A DNA stretch of 64,000 bases from the NCBI RefSeq assembly GCF_009914755.1, contig NC_060930.1; one strand, 5' to 3'. The notes beneath the pieces were generated by a model. That model ran no database searches. It worked only from the letters and a program-made list of their open reading frames with translations, and was not told the DNA's origin. Numbering within the stretch: the stretch's first letter is position 1; each line of letters opens with the position of its first letter. Made by a program: the position numbers and the translations under genes. This document shows, in pieces, positions 1-14,379 of the stretch. This DNA is from the human T2T-CHM13v2.0 reference genome, Homo sapiens.

Positions 1-1203
1 TAATATATCATATATAATAATATATTATAATATATAATATATTATTATATATGATATATTATATATTATAATATATTATATATATTATATATATAATACA
101 TTATAATATATTATATATTATATATTATATATAATATATTATATATTATATATATTACATATATAATATATTATATATTAGATATATTATATATTATATA
201 TATTACATATATAATATATTATATATTAGATATATTACATATATAATATATTATATATTATAATATATTATCTAGTATATATATGTTATAATATATTATA
301 TAATATATTATAATATATTATATAATATATTATATTATATATTATAATATGTTATATATTATATATTATATATTATAATATATTATATGTTATATATTAT
401 ATATTATAATATATTATATATTATATATTATAATATATTATATATTATATATTATAATATATTATATATTATATATTATATATTATATACATTATATATA
501 ATATATTAAATATATAGTATATAATATATTTAATGTATGTTATGTATTTAATATATAATATATTTATTAATATATAAATATAATAAATATATTTATTAAC
601 ATATGAATATATTATACAGCTATATAATATATTTATGTTATATATGATAGAAATACATAATATATAATATTTATATATTTATATTATGTATAAATATATT
701 GTGTTCTATTTATGATATATTTAAATATATTTATATCATCATATGTCATGTTTATATACATAAAAATATATAATATATTTTATATAAATATGTATGTATA
801 ATATATAATAATTATATATAATAATATACATTATAAGTACATATAAGTTGTAAATGATACATAATATATTAAATATATAATTATATATTAGAATTAAATA
901 TTATAAATGTATAATTCTGCTGTTATAAAAAGTCAGTTATAGTTATAAATATATTTGTAATGTATATATTTATATAATATATTTATATATTAAAATACTT
1001 ATAATGTATACATATTTATATAAAATTAAATATATAAATATAAACATAAATAAATATATTTTATAATATAACATAAATATATGTAAATATATAATATAGA
1101 AATACATTAATTAATTAAATATATTTAATAATATTAAATATATGTAAATATATTTAAATGTATTATGTAAATATATTTATATAATTATATATTATAACAA
1201 TAT
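1..1203. repeat. AT-rich low-complexity / (TA)n-(TATAT)n-type simple repeat
   Basis: About 1.2 kb of almost pure A/T built from ATATATT/ATATAAT units. Confidence 0.97.
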
Positions 1204-1332
1204 AATTCTGCTGTTGTAAAAATATCAGTTATAGACATTTCACAAACGAATAGACAAGACTGTGTTTTCATAAAACTTATTTATACAACCAGGTGGCAGG
1301 ATGTGGCCCAGGGGCCATAGTTTGCTGACTTC
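1204..1332 (+). mobile_element. MER58A-like hAT DNA transposon, 3' part
   Basis: ctgtgttttcataaaacttatttatacaa...ggcaggatgtggcccagggggccatagtttgctgac matches the MER58A terminus. Confidence 0.75.
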
Positions 1333-1399
1333 TAGTCTAAACAGTCTAGTCAAAAAGCAAATCAAAACATCTATGTAGCTAGTGAGATAGAGATATGTA

Positions 1400-2245
1400 A
1401 ATAAAGACACTGAGAGGCTAACAGTAAAATATTGGGAAAAAAACATGCATTATTAGAACACCAATCAAAAGAATGCTGAAGTGGCAAGGTTAACATTAGA
1501 CAAAGTAGATTTCAGAGCAAAGAATTTTACTGTGAATACAGATCTTTTTTAATGATATAGGAGTCAATTCACCATAAAAACATAACAATGCTAAATTGGT
1601 ATGTACTTAACAGGTTTTCAAACTTCTTGAAGCAAAAACTGATAAAACAAAAAAGTATATAAATTCCAAGTATAATTGGAGCTTGCAACTCATCTCTCTC
1701 AATAGTTAATAGAACAAAGAGGCAAAAGAGTAATAAAGTTAGAAGACTTGAGAAGCACTAAACGTCGACTCGTCTTCCTTGGCACCCGGAAAACCACCCC
1801 CAGTTGCAAACTACACATTTATTTCAAGTCCACATGGAATATTTACCAAGACAGACCACACTCAGGGCCAGAAAAATAAGGGCCAGAAAAATAAGTGTTC
1901 ATAATTTAGAAGAGATGAAATTATACAAAGCATATTCTCCGAAAAAAATGGAATTAAATTAGAAGTCAATAACAGAAATATATTGTGTGGTAAATCCTCC
2001 AAATAGTTGGAAATTGAATAACACTCTTCTAAATGCTCTTCTAAATTCTAATTTATCTGCATATGAAATCAAAAGGGAAATTAAGAAATATTTTGATTCT
2101 GATAAAAATATAAAAACAGCATATCAAAATGTGTGAGATGCAGCTAAAACAGTGCTTAAAGGAAAATTTATAACATCAAATGCTTATAGTAGAAAAAAAT
2201 GTTTCTAATCAACTACTGAAACTTATATATTAAGAAAACTAAGTA
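1400..2245 (+). mobile_element. Old L1 (L1M) ORF2 endonuclease-region fragment
   Basis: Degenerate L1 ORF2 motifs: ttagacaaagtagatttcagagcaaag, ggaattaaattagaagtcaataac, gatgcagctaaaacagtgctt. Confidence 0.85.
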
Positions 2246-2249
2246 ATGG

Positions 2250-3440
2250 GGTAGGGCTTCCGGTAAGGCAGAGTGAGAAGCTCAACAAATCCCCTTCCCC
2301 CGCCAAAAAACCCCAGCAACATTGTACGTAACTATTTAAAAAGAAAAAAAAAAACCCACTAATTTCAGGGCCCTGGAAATTGGCCTGAAGCACACAACAA
2401 ATTTAGAAGATGTGACTCATGGAAACTTGTGGAACTTCAGGTAAGACAGTGGGAGACCCTAGGATTCTTGCCTGCGCCTGACCCCATCCCTCTCTAGCTC
2501 TATTGGTGAGGCAGTTCTACTAGTTTGGGGCTAGTCCTAGAAACCAGTAAACTTTGCTGCCAGAGGGAGCTAACTTGATTTGGAGTAGAATGCAAAACAA
2601 ACAAACAAACAACAAAATCCTACCCCCAGTGGCACTGTCTGTAACAGCAGCCATCTCAGTGGCAAACCCTGAGGAAGAGCAGTGGCTCAGCTAGCCTGAG
2701 GTTGCAGTCCTGACTGGGACAAGAAACAGAGCAGCAGACTAGCCAGAAAATTAACCACGTCCAGGAAATGAGACTGCTTGGATACCACTGATCAGCCACA
2801 TGGAGAGACTGGAGAGAGCCTGAGCCGCCCACTGGCTGGCCATGAGCCTGCACAGATACATACACAGAGGAGATGCAGCAGGACCCGGCTGAAAGTTCAA
2901 GCCAGGACAGACTTGGAAGCTGCCTGAACTTGGAACACTCTCCCCGAACCACGTACTGACCTATTGGCTCAGGCTGTTTGAGCACAGCCTCTGGGCAATC
3001 ATTGGCTGCACACTAAGCTATGCAGACACATGGGTGACCCGTAGAAACCATACTTAAAAATGAAAACAAGAATTTAAAAACTGAGCAGAGACATCAGTGG
3101 TCACACACTATAGGAGAAACAGACCTCATAAATTTACTCTAGACAAGTACTAAACAAGCAAAAAATCAGCAACAGCTGTATAACCTACAAGAAGAAAAAT
3201 CAGAATTCATAGTTGCTAAATTATATATATGAATATATACATATATTTACCTAAATATTGGATAAGTCTATCGTATTTTTTGAACTGCACAGTTTTCAAC
3301 CAGAAAATTATGGAGCAAACAAAGAAACAGCAAAATTTGATCCATACTCAGGGGTAAAAAGCCATCAACAGCTATATTTTTCAACTCCAGAATTTCTGTT
3401 TGATACTTTTTAATAATTTCAAATCTTATTCATTAGCATG
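2250..3440 (+). mobile_element. Old L1M 5'UTR/ORF1-start fragment; short piece at about 3372-3440 is inverted
   Basis: 5'UTR-like start gcttccggtaaggcagagtgagaagctc; ORF1-proximal ttttcaaccagaaaattatggagcaaacaaagaaacag. Confidence 0.55.
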
Positions 3441-3570
3441 AGTTTTAAATGCTCTTCATATCAATTCCTTGTCCGTTACACTTTACAAATAGATTCTCCC
3501 AGTTTGGGGTTCATCTTCACTTTCTTAATTTTAACATAATGATATTCTCTTATTTTTTCTTTTTAGAGGT

Positions 3571-4080
3571 TGTGTCAGTCAGGTGGAGTTAGTAAAAAAA
3601 GAATGCACAAGAGGTAGCTCTGCAGAGAGAGGTTTAAGAGGGGAACTTGTTACAAAGGTGTTCGAAGAGCTGAAAAGACCATGAGGATGGCAGGACAACC
3701 CAGAGGTCAGCAACATGGAAGGCCACCAACATCCCCAGGCCTGGGGAACAAAGGAGGGTATGATGTTACCAAAGCCCAGGAATCAGGAGCACCTGCTGGG
3801 AGCTGGGACCTGGGGGCAGGGGATCTCCGCGGAAGTGACACCTTGGAGGATACACAGCCCTTCCCCAGACACCACTAGAAGCTGAGAAAGGAGGAAATGC
3901 CCTGGATCCTCTTTTTCCCTTCAAGTGTCTGCCGGTGCCTTCTATTGGCTCATCTTACGTGGAAGTCAGGGATCAGGGAGCCTGGGAAATTAGTTTCCAA
4001 GGTCAACCCTCTGAGCTACAGAGCAGAACTTGGAAAGAGGAGGGAACTGATCTGAGAGAAAACAGGCAAGGGACTGGGAC
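3571..4080. mobile_element. Ancient LTR (MaLR/ERVL class)
   Basis: tgtgtcagtcagg start; cctggatcctc...ctattggctcatctt...ggaagtcagggatcagggagcctgggaaat motifs. Confidence 0.5.
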
Positions 4081-4230
4081 GGAGGATTAAAGTCTTGCTT
4101 TTAACATTTAAGTTCTTAATCCCTCTGGAGTAGATTTTTGTTTATGGTGTAAGGTATGGATCAAATTTCATTTTTCTTCCTTATCAACAACTAATTTTCC
4201 CAGTTACACTGGAAGTTAACATGTAGATAC

Positions 4231-4605
4231 TGATATGGTTTGGCTGTGTCACCACCCAAATCTCATCTGGAATTATATTTCCCATAATCCCTATGTGCGG
4301 TGGGAGGGACCTGGTAAGGTAATTGAATTATGGGGGCAGTTTCCCCCATGCTATTCTCATGATAGTGAGTAAGTTCTCATGAGATCTGATGGTTTTTAAG
4401 TGGCTCCCCCCTTTGCTCGGCTCTCATTCTTCTCCTTCCTGACACTATGTGTAGAAGGATGCGTTTGCTTCCCCTTCTGCCATGATTGTAAGTTTCCTGA
4501 GGCCTCCTCAGCCCTGTGGAACTGTGAGTCAATTAAACCTCTTTCCTTTATAAATTACCTGGTCTCAGATATGTCCTTATAGTAGCATGAGTATGGACTA
4601 ATAGA
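4231..4605 (+). mobile_element. THE1 (MaLR) solo LTR
   Basis: tgatatggtttggctgtgtc...ggactaataga; perfect 5-bp TSD GATAC at 4226-4230 and 4606-4610. Confidence 0.95.
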
Positions 4606-4946
4606 GATACATATCTTTCTAGACTCTCAATTAAATTATTTATTAAATACAAAACTATGGTTTCTTAAAATCAATGAAAAACTTAACCTTAAAATGCATC
4701 TCAAAATTCTTCAAATTTTGGTTAAAAATATAACTTTAAGAATTAAACTTTATACAAATTAGCAACTCTTGATTGCCAAAAACTCTTTGTTTCCCCTCTA
4801 GACATGGAGAGAATATTTGGAGCAGAAAGACATCAGTATTTTTTTAAACAAAGAAGTCATTATCTTTTATATCCCTACTGTCCTTCACATAATTGTGCAA
4901 ATACACAAAGTATTTATTTTTGTAAGAGATGAGGAAAAAACCTACA

Positions 4947-5283
4947 GGGCAGGGTGCAGTGGCTCACATCTCTGATCCCAGCACTTTGAGAGACTAAGGT
5001 AGGAGGATTGCTTAAGGCTATGAGTTCAAGATCGGCCTGGGTAACATAGTGAGACCCTGTCTGTACAAAAAATAAAAATAGCCGGGCATGGTGGCATGTA
5101 CCTGCAGTCCCAGCTACTTGGGAAGCTGAGGCAGGAGAGACACTTGAGTGTGGGAGGTCAAGAGGCTTCAGTAAGCTGTGACTGCACCACTTCACTCCAG
5201 CCTGGGTGACAGAGAGAGACCCCTGTCACCAAAAAAAAAAAAAAAAAAAAAAAGAGAGAAAGAAAGAAAAGAAAAGAAAAAGT
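4947..5283 (+). mobile_element. AluJ
   Basis: Dimeric Alu with J-type ggaggattgctt and A tail; TSD AAAACCTACA on both sides. Confidence 0.95.
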
Positions 5284-6112
5284 AAAACCTACATTCACTG
5301 GAAAAGTTTTGCCCCATGGAAAAGTCTATGCAGTCTCAGCTTCTTATCCCCCATAACATTGTTTCTCCTTAGGATGTTTTATTGTCTTGAAAGAGTTTTG
5401 AATACTAAGGATTTGCTGTGATCAAGACAAGCTTCCTTCTACCTCTTCAGATTATTTGGTCCTTCTATATTTCACAGTTTAAACCAGTTTTCGAAAAACC
5501 AGCTATTGAGGAATAAGGATTCAAAGCAGGAAAGACATCAGAGAGACCAGGTCTACATGGTGCAAAGGCATAGGCACCTACAGTTGGGGGTCTGCATTGT
5601 GGGCAGGGTCCTGGCTTCCTTCATAGACCCAGGACCTGCAGTTGTTCTGCTTTCAGTATCTCAGAGTCTTGTTTCTAGAGAACTACCTTGAGTGTCCTAA
5701 GCTTGTTTTATGAGCCAATTAAGAACAGTAGCAGAGTCATTGCTGGTTATATTTCTGTCCCTGAATAAAATAGACATTACTCCCATTTGTCTATGTTTCT
5801 TCCATTCTTTATGGTCTGAGATAAACCAACATATTCACTAACATTTCAATCAAAAACTAATAATAGAAAACTCGAAAGCACCATACCATTCTCAGATGTC
5901 TCTCTTTTATGTTTGAGAGTTATATCATATTGCTTGTACAAATTAAGTTTATATTAAAAGCTTCCTGTGGCATAGGTTCTGAAAATAACTTTTAGATGTG
6001 AGAGAACATCTAGCCATTTATCTAATAACTATTGATCAAGTACCTACTATGCTCCTTCTGAAACCTTCTCAATTTATTGAGTACCTACCATGTTCCTTCT
6101 GTTTAATTTTTA

Positions 6113-6434
6113 GTGAGAATTCTTTCTTATCTCTTCCAGCTTCTGGGGTTTGCTGGCAACCTTTGGTGTTTCTTAGCCTGCAGAAGCATCACCCTAACTT
6201 CTGCTCCCAGCATCATATGGCTGTCTTCTCCCTGTGTGTCTCTGTGTCTTCACATGCCATCTCTCTTAAAAGGACACCAGATACATTGGGTTAAGGGCCC
6301 GTCTGACTCCAGGGTGACTTCATCTTGAGTAATTACATCTGCAGCAACCCTATTTCCAAATAAGGTAATCTTTTGAGGTACTCGATGTTAGGACTTTGAC
6401 ATATCTTTTGGAGGGTCACAGTTCAACTCATAAC
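6113..6434 (-). mobile_element. MLT1C-like LTR fragment
   Basis: cttccagcttctgggg...aaggacaccag...ccctatttccaaataaggt...cagttcaactcataac. Confidence 0.85.
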
Positions 6435-6491
6435 GCCAAGGTCTGGAAGGATGAAAATGAATAAAATATGTGTAGCATGTTTTATGTTATT

Positions 6492-9400
6492 AATTTATTT
6501 TTTATTTCAATAGGTTGTTTAGGGAGCAGGTGGTGGTTGGTTACATGAATAAGTTCTTTAGTGGTGATTTATGAGACTTTGATGCACCCATCACATGAGC
6601 AATGTACATTATACCCAATGTGTAGTCTTTTTTCCCTCACCCCACTCTCACCCTTTTCCCCCAAGTCCCCAGATTCCGATGTATCATTCTTATGCCTCTG
6701 CGTCCTCATAGCTTAGCTCCCACTTATGAGTGAGAACATACAATATTTAGCTTTTCATTCCTGAGTTACGTCTCATAGAATAATAGTCTTCAATTACATC
6801 CAGGTGGCTGCAAATGCCATTATTTCATTCCTTTTTATGGCTGAGTAGTATTGCGTGGTATATATATACTACATTTTCTTTATCCACTCTTTGATTGATG
6901 GGCATATGGGCTTGTTCCATATTTTTGCAATTGCAAATTGTGCTGCTGTAAACATGCATGTACAAGTATCTTTTTTGTATAATGACCTCTTTTCTTTGGG
7001 GTGGATAACAAGTAGTAGGATTGCTGGATCAAACGGTAGATCTACTTTTAGTTGTTAAAGGAACCTCCACACTGTTTTCCATAGTGGTTGTACTAGTATA
7101 CATTCCCACCAACAGTGTTAAAGTGTTCCCTTTTCACCACATTCACACCAATATCTATTATTTTTTATTTTTTTTATTATGGCCATTCTTGCAAGAGTAA
7201 GGTGGTATCACATTGTGGTTTTGATTTGCGTTTCCCTGATTATCAGTGATGTTGAGCATTTTTCCATATGCTCATTGGCCATTTGTGTATCTTCCTATGA
7301 GAAATGTCTATTCTTGTCCTTAGCCCACTTTTTGATGGGATCGTCTATTTTTTTTTCTTGTTGATTTATTTGAGTTCATATTTGATGGGAGTTGCATTGA
7401 ATTTGCAGATTGCATTTAGCAATATGGTCAATTTCACAATATTGATTCTACCCATCCATGAGCATGGGATGTGTTTCCATTTGTTTGTGTCTTCTGTGAT
7501 TTCTTTCAGCAGTGTTTTGTAGAGGTATTTTATCTTTTTGGTTAGGTATATTCATAAGTATTTTATTTTTTAGCAGCTATTGTAAAAGGGGTTGAGTTCT
7601 TGATTCAATTCTTAGCTTGGTCACTGTTGGTGTATAGAATGGCTACTGATTTGTGTACATTAATTTTGTATCCTGAAACTTTGCTGAATTCATTTACCAG
7701 TTCTGGGAGCTTTTTGGAGGAGTCTTTAGGGTTTTCTAGATATACAATCATATCATCAGCAAACAGCAGGAGTTGGGCTTCCTCTACCAATTTGGAGGCC
7801 CTTTATTTTTTTCTCTTGTCTGATTGCTATGGCTAGGACTTCCAGTACTATGTTGAATAGAAGTGGTGAAAGTGGGCATCTTTGTCTTGTTCCAGTTCTC
7901 AGGGGGAATGCTTTCAACTTTTCCCTGTTCAGTATAATGTTGGCTGTGGGTTTGTCATAGTTGGTTTTTATTATCTTCAGGTATGCTCCTTCTATGCCAA
8001 TTTTGCTAAGGGTTTCAATCATAAAACGATGCTGGATTTTGGCAAATGCTTTTTCCACATCTATTGAGATGATCATGTAATTTTTGTTTTTGATTCTGTT
8101 TAAGTGGTGTATCACATTTATTGACTTGTGTATGTTAAACCATCCCTGCTTCCCTGGTATGCAAACCCATTTGATCATGGTGGATTATGTTTTTGATATG
8201 CTGTTGGATTTGGTTTACTAGTATTTTGTGGAGGATTTTTGCATCTACGTTCATCTGGGATTTTGGTCTATAGTTTTCTTTTTTTGTTATGTCCTTCCTC
8301 GGTTTTGGTATTAGGGTGATACTGATTTCATAGAATGATTTAGGGAGGATTCTCTCTTTCTCTATCTTGTGGAATAATGTCAATAGTATTGGTACTAATT
8401 CTTCTTTGAATGTCTGATAGAATTCAGCTGTGAATCCATCTGGTCCTGGACTTTTTTTGTTGGTAATTTTTTAAATTAGCATTTCAATCTTGCTGCTTGT
8501 TATTGGTCTGTTCAGAGTTTCTAACCTTCCTGCCTTAATCTAGGAGGGTTGTATATTTCCAGGAATTTATCCATCTCCTCTAAGTTTTCTAGCTTATACA
8601 CATAAAGGTGTTCATAGTAGCCTTAAATAATCTTTTGTATTTCTGTGTTATCAGTTGTAACATCTCCCGTTTCATTTCTAATTGAGCTTATTTGAATCTT
8701 CGCTCTTCCTGGTTAATCTCGCAAATGGTCTATCAATTTCATTTATCTTTCAAATAACCAGTTTTTTGTTTCATTTATCTTTTGTAATGTTTTTTTCTTG
8801 TTTCAATTTAATTTAGTTCTGCTCTGATCTTTGTTATATCTTTTCTTCTGCTAGGTTTGGATTTGAATGTATTCTGTTTCTCCAGTTCCATGAGGTGTGA
8901 CCTTAGGTTATCTATTTGAGCTCTTTTAGACTTTTTGATGTAGGCATTTAATGCTACGAACTTTCCTCTTAGCACCACTTTTGCTGTATCCCAGAGGTTC
9001 TGATAGGCTATGTGGCTATTATCATTCAGTTTAGAAGAATTTTTAAAAAGAATTTTTTAATTTCCATTTTGATTTCATTGTTAACCCAACAATCATCAGG
9101 AGCAGGTTATTTAATTTCCATGTATTCTGCATGGTTTTGAGGGATTTTTTTTGGAGTTGATTTCCGATTTTATTACACTGTGGTCTGACAGAGTACTTGA
9201 TATAATTTTGATTTTCTTAAATTTACTAAGACTTGTTTTGTGGCCCATTATATAGTCTATCTTGGAGAAGGTTCTATGTGCTGATGAATAGAATGTATAT
9301 TCTGCAGTTTTTGGGTAGAATGTTCTGTAAATATGTTAAGTCCATTTTTTTGTAGGGTATAGTATAAGTCTATTGTTTCTTTGTTGACTTTCTGTCTTGA

Positions 9401-9750
9401 TGACCTGCCTAGGGCTGTCAGTGGAGTATTGAAGTCCCCCACTATTATTGTGTTGCTGTCTATCTCATTTCTTAGGCCTAGTAGTAATTGTTTTGTAAAT
9501 GTGGGAGTTCTGGTGTTGGGTGCATTTGTATTTAGAAATGTGATATTTTCCTGTTGGAGTAGTTCTTTTATCATTATATAATGTCGCTCTTTGTCTTTTT
9601 TAACTACTGTTGCTTTAAAGTTTGTTTTGCCTGATATAAGAATAGCTACTCCTGCTGACTTTTGGTGTCCATTAGCATGGAACATCTTTTCTCACCCCTT
9701 CTTTAAGCACGTGAGGGCTTACGTGTTAAGTGAGTCTCCTGAAGACAGCA
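6492..9750 (-). mobile_element. L1PB1-like LINE-1 (3'UTR + ORF2, 5'-truncated, internal deletion near 7377)
   Basis: L1PB1-type 3' end (tacatgaataagttctttagtggtgattt). ORF-track peptides match L1 ORF2 RT ([30 protein letters not shown]) and EN (IIVGDFNTPL). Confidence 0.95.
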
Positions 9751-10161
9751 GGCTGCATCACGTTGCAGCAGAGGTTCTCAATTTACTTGCTTATAATATT
9801 ACTTACGATGTTATTTGAGGAATAAAAGTTGTACATTTTATGTTATTACATAAAAAATATTTTATTTTATTTCTTTCATTGTTTTCTATTTAAAATGTCC
9901 TTCCTTATCCAATAGTTTAAAATATTCTGTTATTTTTCTAGTTTACATCGATTATTTTTATACTTAATTTCTTTAATCCAGATTATATTAATTTTGATAT
10001 ATTTAGTGAGATACAGCTCTAAAAAGTTTTTTGAATAAAGAATTTTTCCAGCAATGTATGCTGAATAATCAACCCTTACCCATTCTGATATAAACTTCAT
10101 GTATGCCATCCACCTTTTCCATCACAGCATTTAACACATTAATAAATAGTTACCTTAAAGT

Positions 10162-10910
10162 TGTCTAACGGGCCCCCAAGCATGAAAACGAAGGAAAACC
10201 CTGAATTCCTTCAAGGGAAATTCCAGGTATCTAGCTAGCCCTGAGAAGTAAGGAAGTAACTTGATAAGCAAGGTAGCCTAAAACAATAGTCAAGGAAGTT
10301 AGACTCCAGAGGTGTTTGCTTTCCCTATGGAAACTGAAGATAGCATCTTAACATATGTGCCTGAGTTGTCTTTCAGAAACCCGGATCCCCACCAAGGACC
10401 CCCACCACCCACTGGCACATAGACCTCAGATAAGGGGGAACTGAAGACTGAACTCTGACCACTGCTCTTTGTTCTAAATTTCGTCCTGAGGGACCTGGAG
10501 AAAGTCACACCCATAAGCCAGAGCTGAGGTTCTTTTCTGGTGACCCCCAAATTTTTAAACAAAGCTTCTTTTTCTTAACCAATTGCAAATCAGAAAATAT
10601 TGGAATCGACCCACGACCTATAAGCCCCCACTTTAAGACATCTTGCCCCTCTTAGGCCAAAACCAATGTATACCCTCCATGTATCAATTTACAATTTTGC
10701 CTGTAGCTTCTGCCTTCCTGAAATTTACGCATGCCTTTAAAAGCCCTAACCTGCAAGCCATTGGGTAAGGTGGGATATGAGCATTAACCACTTGGTCCTC
10801 CCTGTTTGGTGCCCTGCAGATAAATAGTTTCCTTTCTGCCTCTGCAAAACCTCCGTGTGGATATGTTTTTACTGCACCAGGTGAGGAGACCCCAGTTTGG
10901 TTGTATAACA
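10162..10910 (+). mobile_element. ERV1-class solo LTR (MER39-like)
   Basis: TG...CA termini (tgtctaac...gtataaca), ccttcaagggaaattccagg and agacctcagataagggggaactga blocks, AATAAA-like signal near the 3' end. Confidence 0.8.
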
Positions 10911-12553
10911 GTTTCATCTTCTGGGTTATCTGAGTCCAGCTTTGTTGATTGCTTTATCTCTTGAAAAATATTTAACTTGCTCTATTTTGTATTTCATAAT
11001 CTTCTTAAAGAAAATTGTCTTATGTCAAAACTGAATACTGGACACTGTGTGAAAGAGTGGAGACTGAGGAGATCATTATTTATACGTGGAAATGGAGAAG
11101 ACATTAGTGTAGAACTGAGTCAATCAAGTCAGTTTGGGTTTTGTTGTTCGTCTCCAAGCCAGACACTCTCTTCCTCTCTGGAGGAATCCCCTCCACACCC
11201 CACAGCCCTGGCAGAGGAGGCAAGGTTCTCTTCTACCCTTAATCCCCACAGGTCAGAGGTGAAGGCCAGAGGGTGGCAGCCAGGACTCAGGTGGGAGCCA
11301 GGACTCAGGTCGGGGCCAGAAGTTGATGTGCATCTGTACCACCGGTGGGGGCTCTTACTGGCCTCCTACTCCAGTTTGTCTTGTGAGCACCCAATGGGAC
11401 TCATGCAAAGGAGGTTGCAAAGGAGTGCCAACTCCTTTTGTGCTAGAGACCCCCCCCCAGACATTCCAAAAGGACCCACTAGCCCATGCTTTAATAATTT
11501 GATGAAATTTTGGTGATTTCTCCTTACACTTTTTATAAACAACTCTTTCTCCTGTGCTATGCTAAAGGGAAACACTCCACCTCTCCTGGGAGCACTTTGT
11601 CAGTCTTTGAAATCTGGATTACTTGGCAACCTTGCAAAGATAGCTGTCAGCTTGACAATAAGCTCAAGAGAAGTTATGATTCTGCAGATTATCCAAGTTC
11701 TTCTTATTACTAAGGTGAGAATGCCAATCTTTACAACTTTCTACCCCCTGTGTGGAAACGTGTTTCTAGGACAGATACCTAAAAGTGGAAAAACTGGGTC
11801 ACATGACATGCAGTTTTCATAGGCAGAAAAAACCTCATAATTTGAAGGTCTGTGTGTATTCTTTCCCCAGTAATAACACCTTTAACTGAAAATTTATCAC
11901 TTGTTTTTCTTGCTCCTTCAACCACATGTTAAGGGACCCTTGTTTTCTGGTATACACAGAGGACACTGTCCTGGGTGAGCCCAGAGAACTGACTGTTCAG
12001 TCTAGAAAGAAGCTTAGCATCTAAGGAAAAAGACTCAAAAGAAACTGGAAAAAGTGCTGACAATAAAGGGTTTAGCAGAGAAATTCTTTTTTTCTTTTTC
12101 CTGGTGAACTGCATAGAGAATTTCCTTTTCCTAGGTCCCCAATAAGGACTTGTCTTCCATCTCCTGTATATCAGCCATGTTTGAGGCAGTCTTTCTCAAA
12201 TTCTTTCTCATTAAATTACTTTAAGAACATCGATGACTGCAGAAGCTGTTTTTCTAAAACAATTACAGACATGAGAACGCTTGCATTGTTTTAGAAGTAA
12301 GGGTCAATTAAGCAAGGGGTCTGATAGGTCTTTTTCCGTGTCTAATGCTAAAGGTGTTCTACCCTCGTAGGTCAGCGGCAGAACTCAAAGTACAACAGGG
12401 ACAGCGGAGAATCTCGGATCCATCCGGTGTCTTGGTACATGCGTTTCCCACCAGCCACTCCCAAAAAAGACCAGGGAAGTGGATTTGATATTTAAAATTG
12501 AGAAGGACTTAGGGCACTGTGGTAGCAATATAAAGACTAATGCCCACCTGTTA

Positions 12554-13027
<474 letters not shown>

Positions 13028-13679
13028 TCAGGGAGATGGGGAGGGGTGGAGAGGCTGGGGAGGGAGGGAGTGAAGAGAAGTGAGGAGAGGAGGGGGCTGC
13101 CATGACTGATACTTGGAGGAGCCACTTGTTTTCTTTAGACTTTGGTTTCCTGGTCTGTAAAATGAAGCTGCTGGACCCTATCATGTTGAAGGTTCTTTCC
13201 TCCTTTAAGATAGCATTTCCTCTTTGTTTTAGATTAAGCTAAAGTAAGCCCATGCTGTTGTGTCACAGTGAATTACCGTTTTGGTAACCAGGTCTAAGAC
13301 ACTGGGCATCATCTAGCACATCAAGAATCTGAAGTCCTGGGCAGTGACACTTGGAGAGATACTGGGTGTCTTTTCATGAGGATTCAGTAAAATGCTGAAA
13401 TCTGAACTGGAGGCTACCTGTAAGTATCTTCCTTTTCTCAGGACAGAAAACAACCTAAACATACTCTCCTTCATCCTCGATTTTCCCAAAAGCAAAAGGC
13501 TTTTAATAGAAATTCTTAAAATCCACCATAAAATGGCAAGGTATATTTCATGTCCATTACATTTTGTTTAGAAGGGGAAGAAACTTTTTCTTCAGCATTT
13601 GTCAGAACGTTAGAACTGTGCAACTTGAGGCTAAAACAAAAATGTCAAATTTTGAAATGTCAGAAGTGTAAATCACTAG

Positions 13680-13915
13680 TTATGATATTAGTAACAATGA
13701 TAATCATGGCTGACCTAACAGAAGTCTCAATAACTTGAGAATTTTCAAGTAATTATCTATTTATTATCTTAATGTTTTCTCGTCAAATCCCTGTGGGGAA
13801 ATGGGCTAGGTGATTACATTCTACAGATGTAAAGGAAGGAAGTGGGGCCCAAGGTGGTGGTGATCTAGGACCAGACTCAAGACATGCTTCCGAGTCCAGG
13901 GCTTTGTTCCCCAGA
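13680..13915 (-). mobile_element. MIR
   Basis: cattctacagatg...ccgagtccagggct MIR core. Confidence 0.5.
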
Positions 13916-14104
13916 CCAAACGTCATCAGGTAACGAGGCAGTTGCCACTGGGTAGGTGTGGCTAGAATCCGCTGGGGCAATACAGGCCCCTCCCAGGACA
14001 TGTAGTTAGTTGTTTCCTCAATCTTCCCTGCAGCTTTTTGTCTTACTTTTCATCTTTTTATCTTTTCTGCTTGTCTTGATTTTCTATTTACTTCATAGTA
14101 TGTC

Positions 14105-14200
14105 CAGTGCTCAGTATTTCTAGTGTTTAGCACAGGGTGCCGCACATAGAAGTTGTCCTGTAAATATTTGTTGAATGACAGATTAAGTAAATGAACAAAC
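14105..14200 (+). mobile_element. L2 3' end
   Basis: tttagcacagggtgccgcacatagaag...taaatatttgttgaatga. Confidence 0.75.
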
Positions 14201-14379
14201 AGATAATTGAATATTTATTGTGGTTCTGAAGCTATACAGAGAACCAGTTGTGTCTTAGTCATATTATTTTGTTTTATTTGTATAATTGAACATTAGACAA
14301 TATATATAATATTATCCTCTTCATTTATTTATATCCGGAAAGGGTAGATAGGCAGAAGCCCATGAGCACAGCACAAAAG

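Noticed and set aside
7605-9685. L1 ORF2 peptides as an active element
   Set aside because: Multiple stops and frameshifts, 5' truncation and an internal deletion.
10977-11516. 179-aa ORF
   Set aside because: Non-ATG start, overlaps degenerate L1-like sequence and a small tandem duplication, no recognisable domain.
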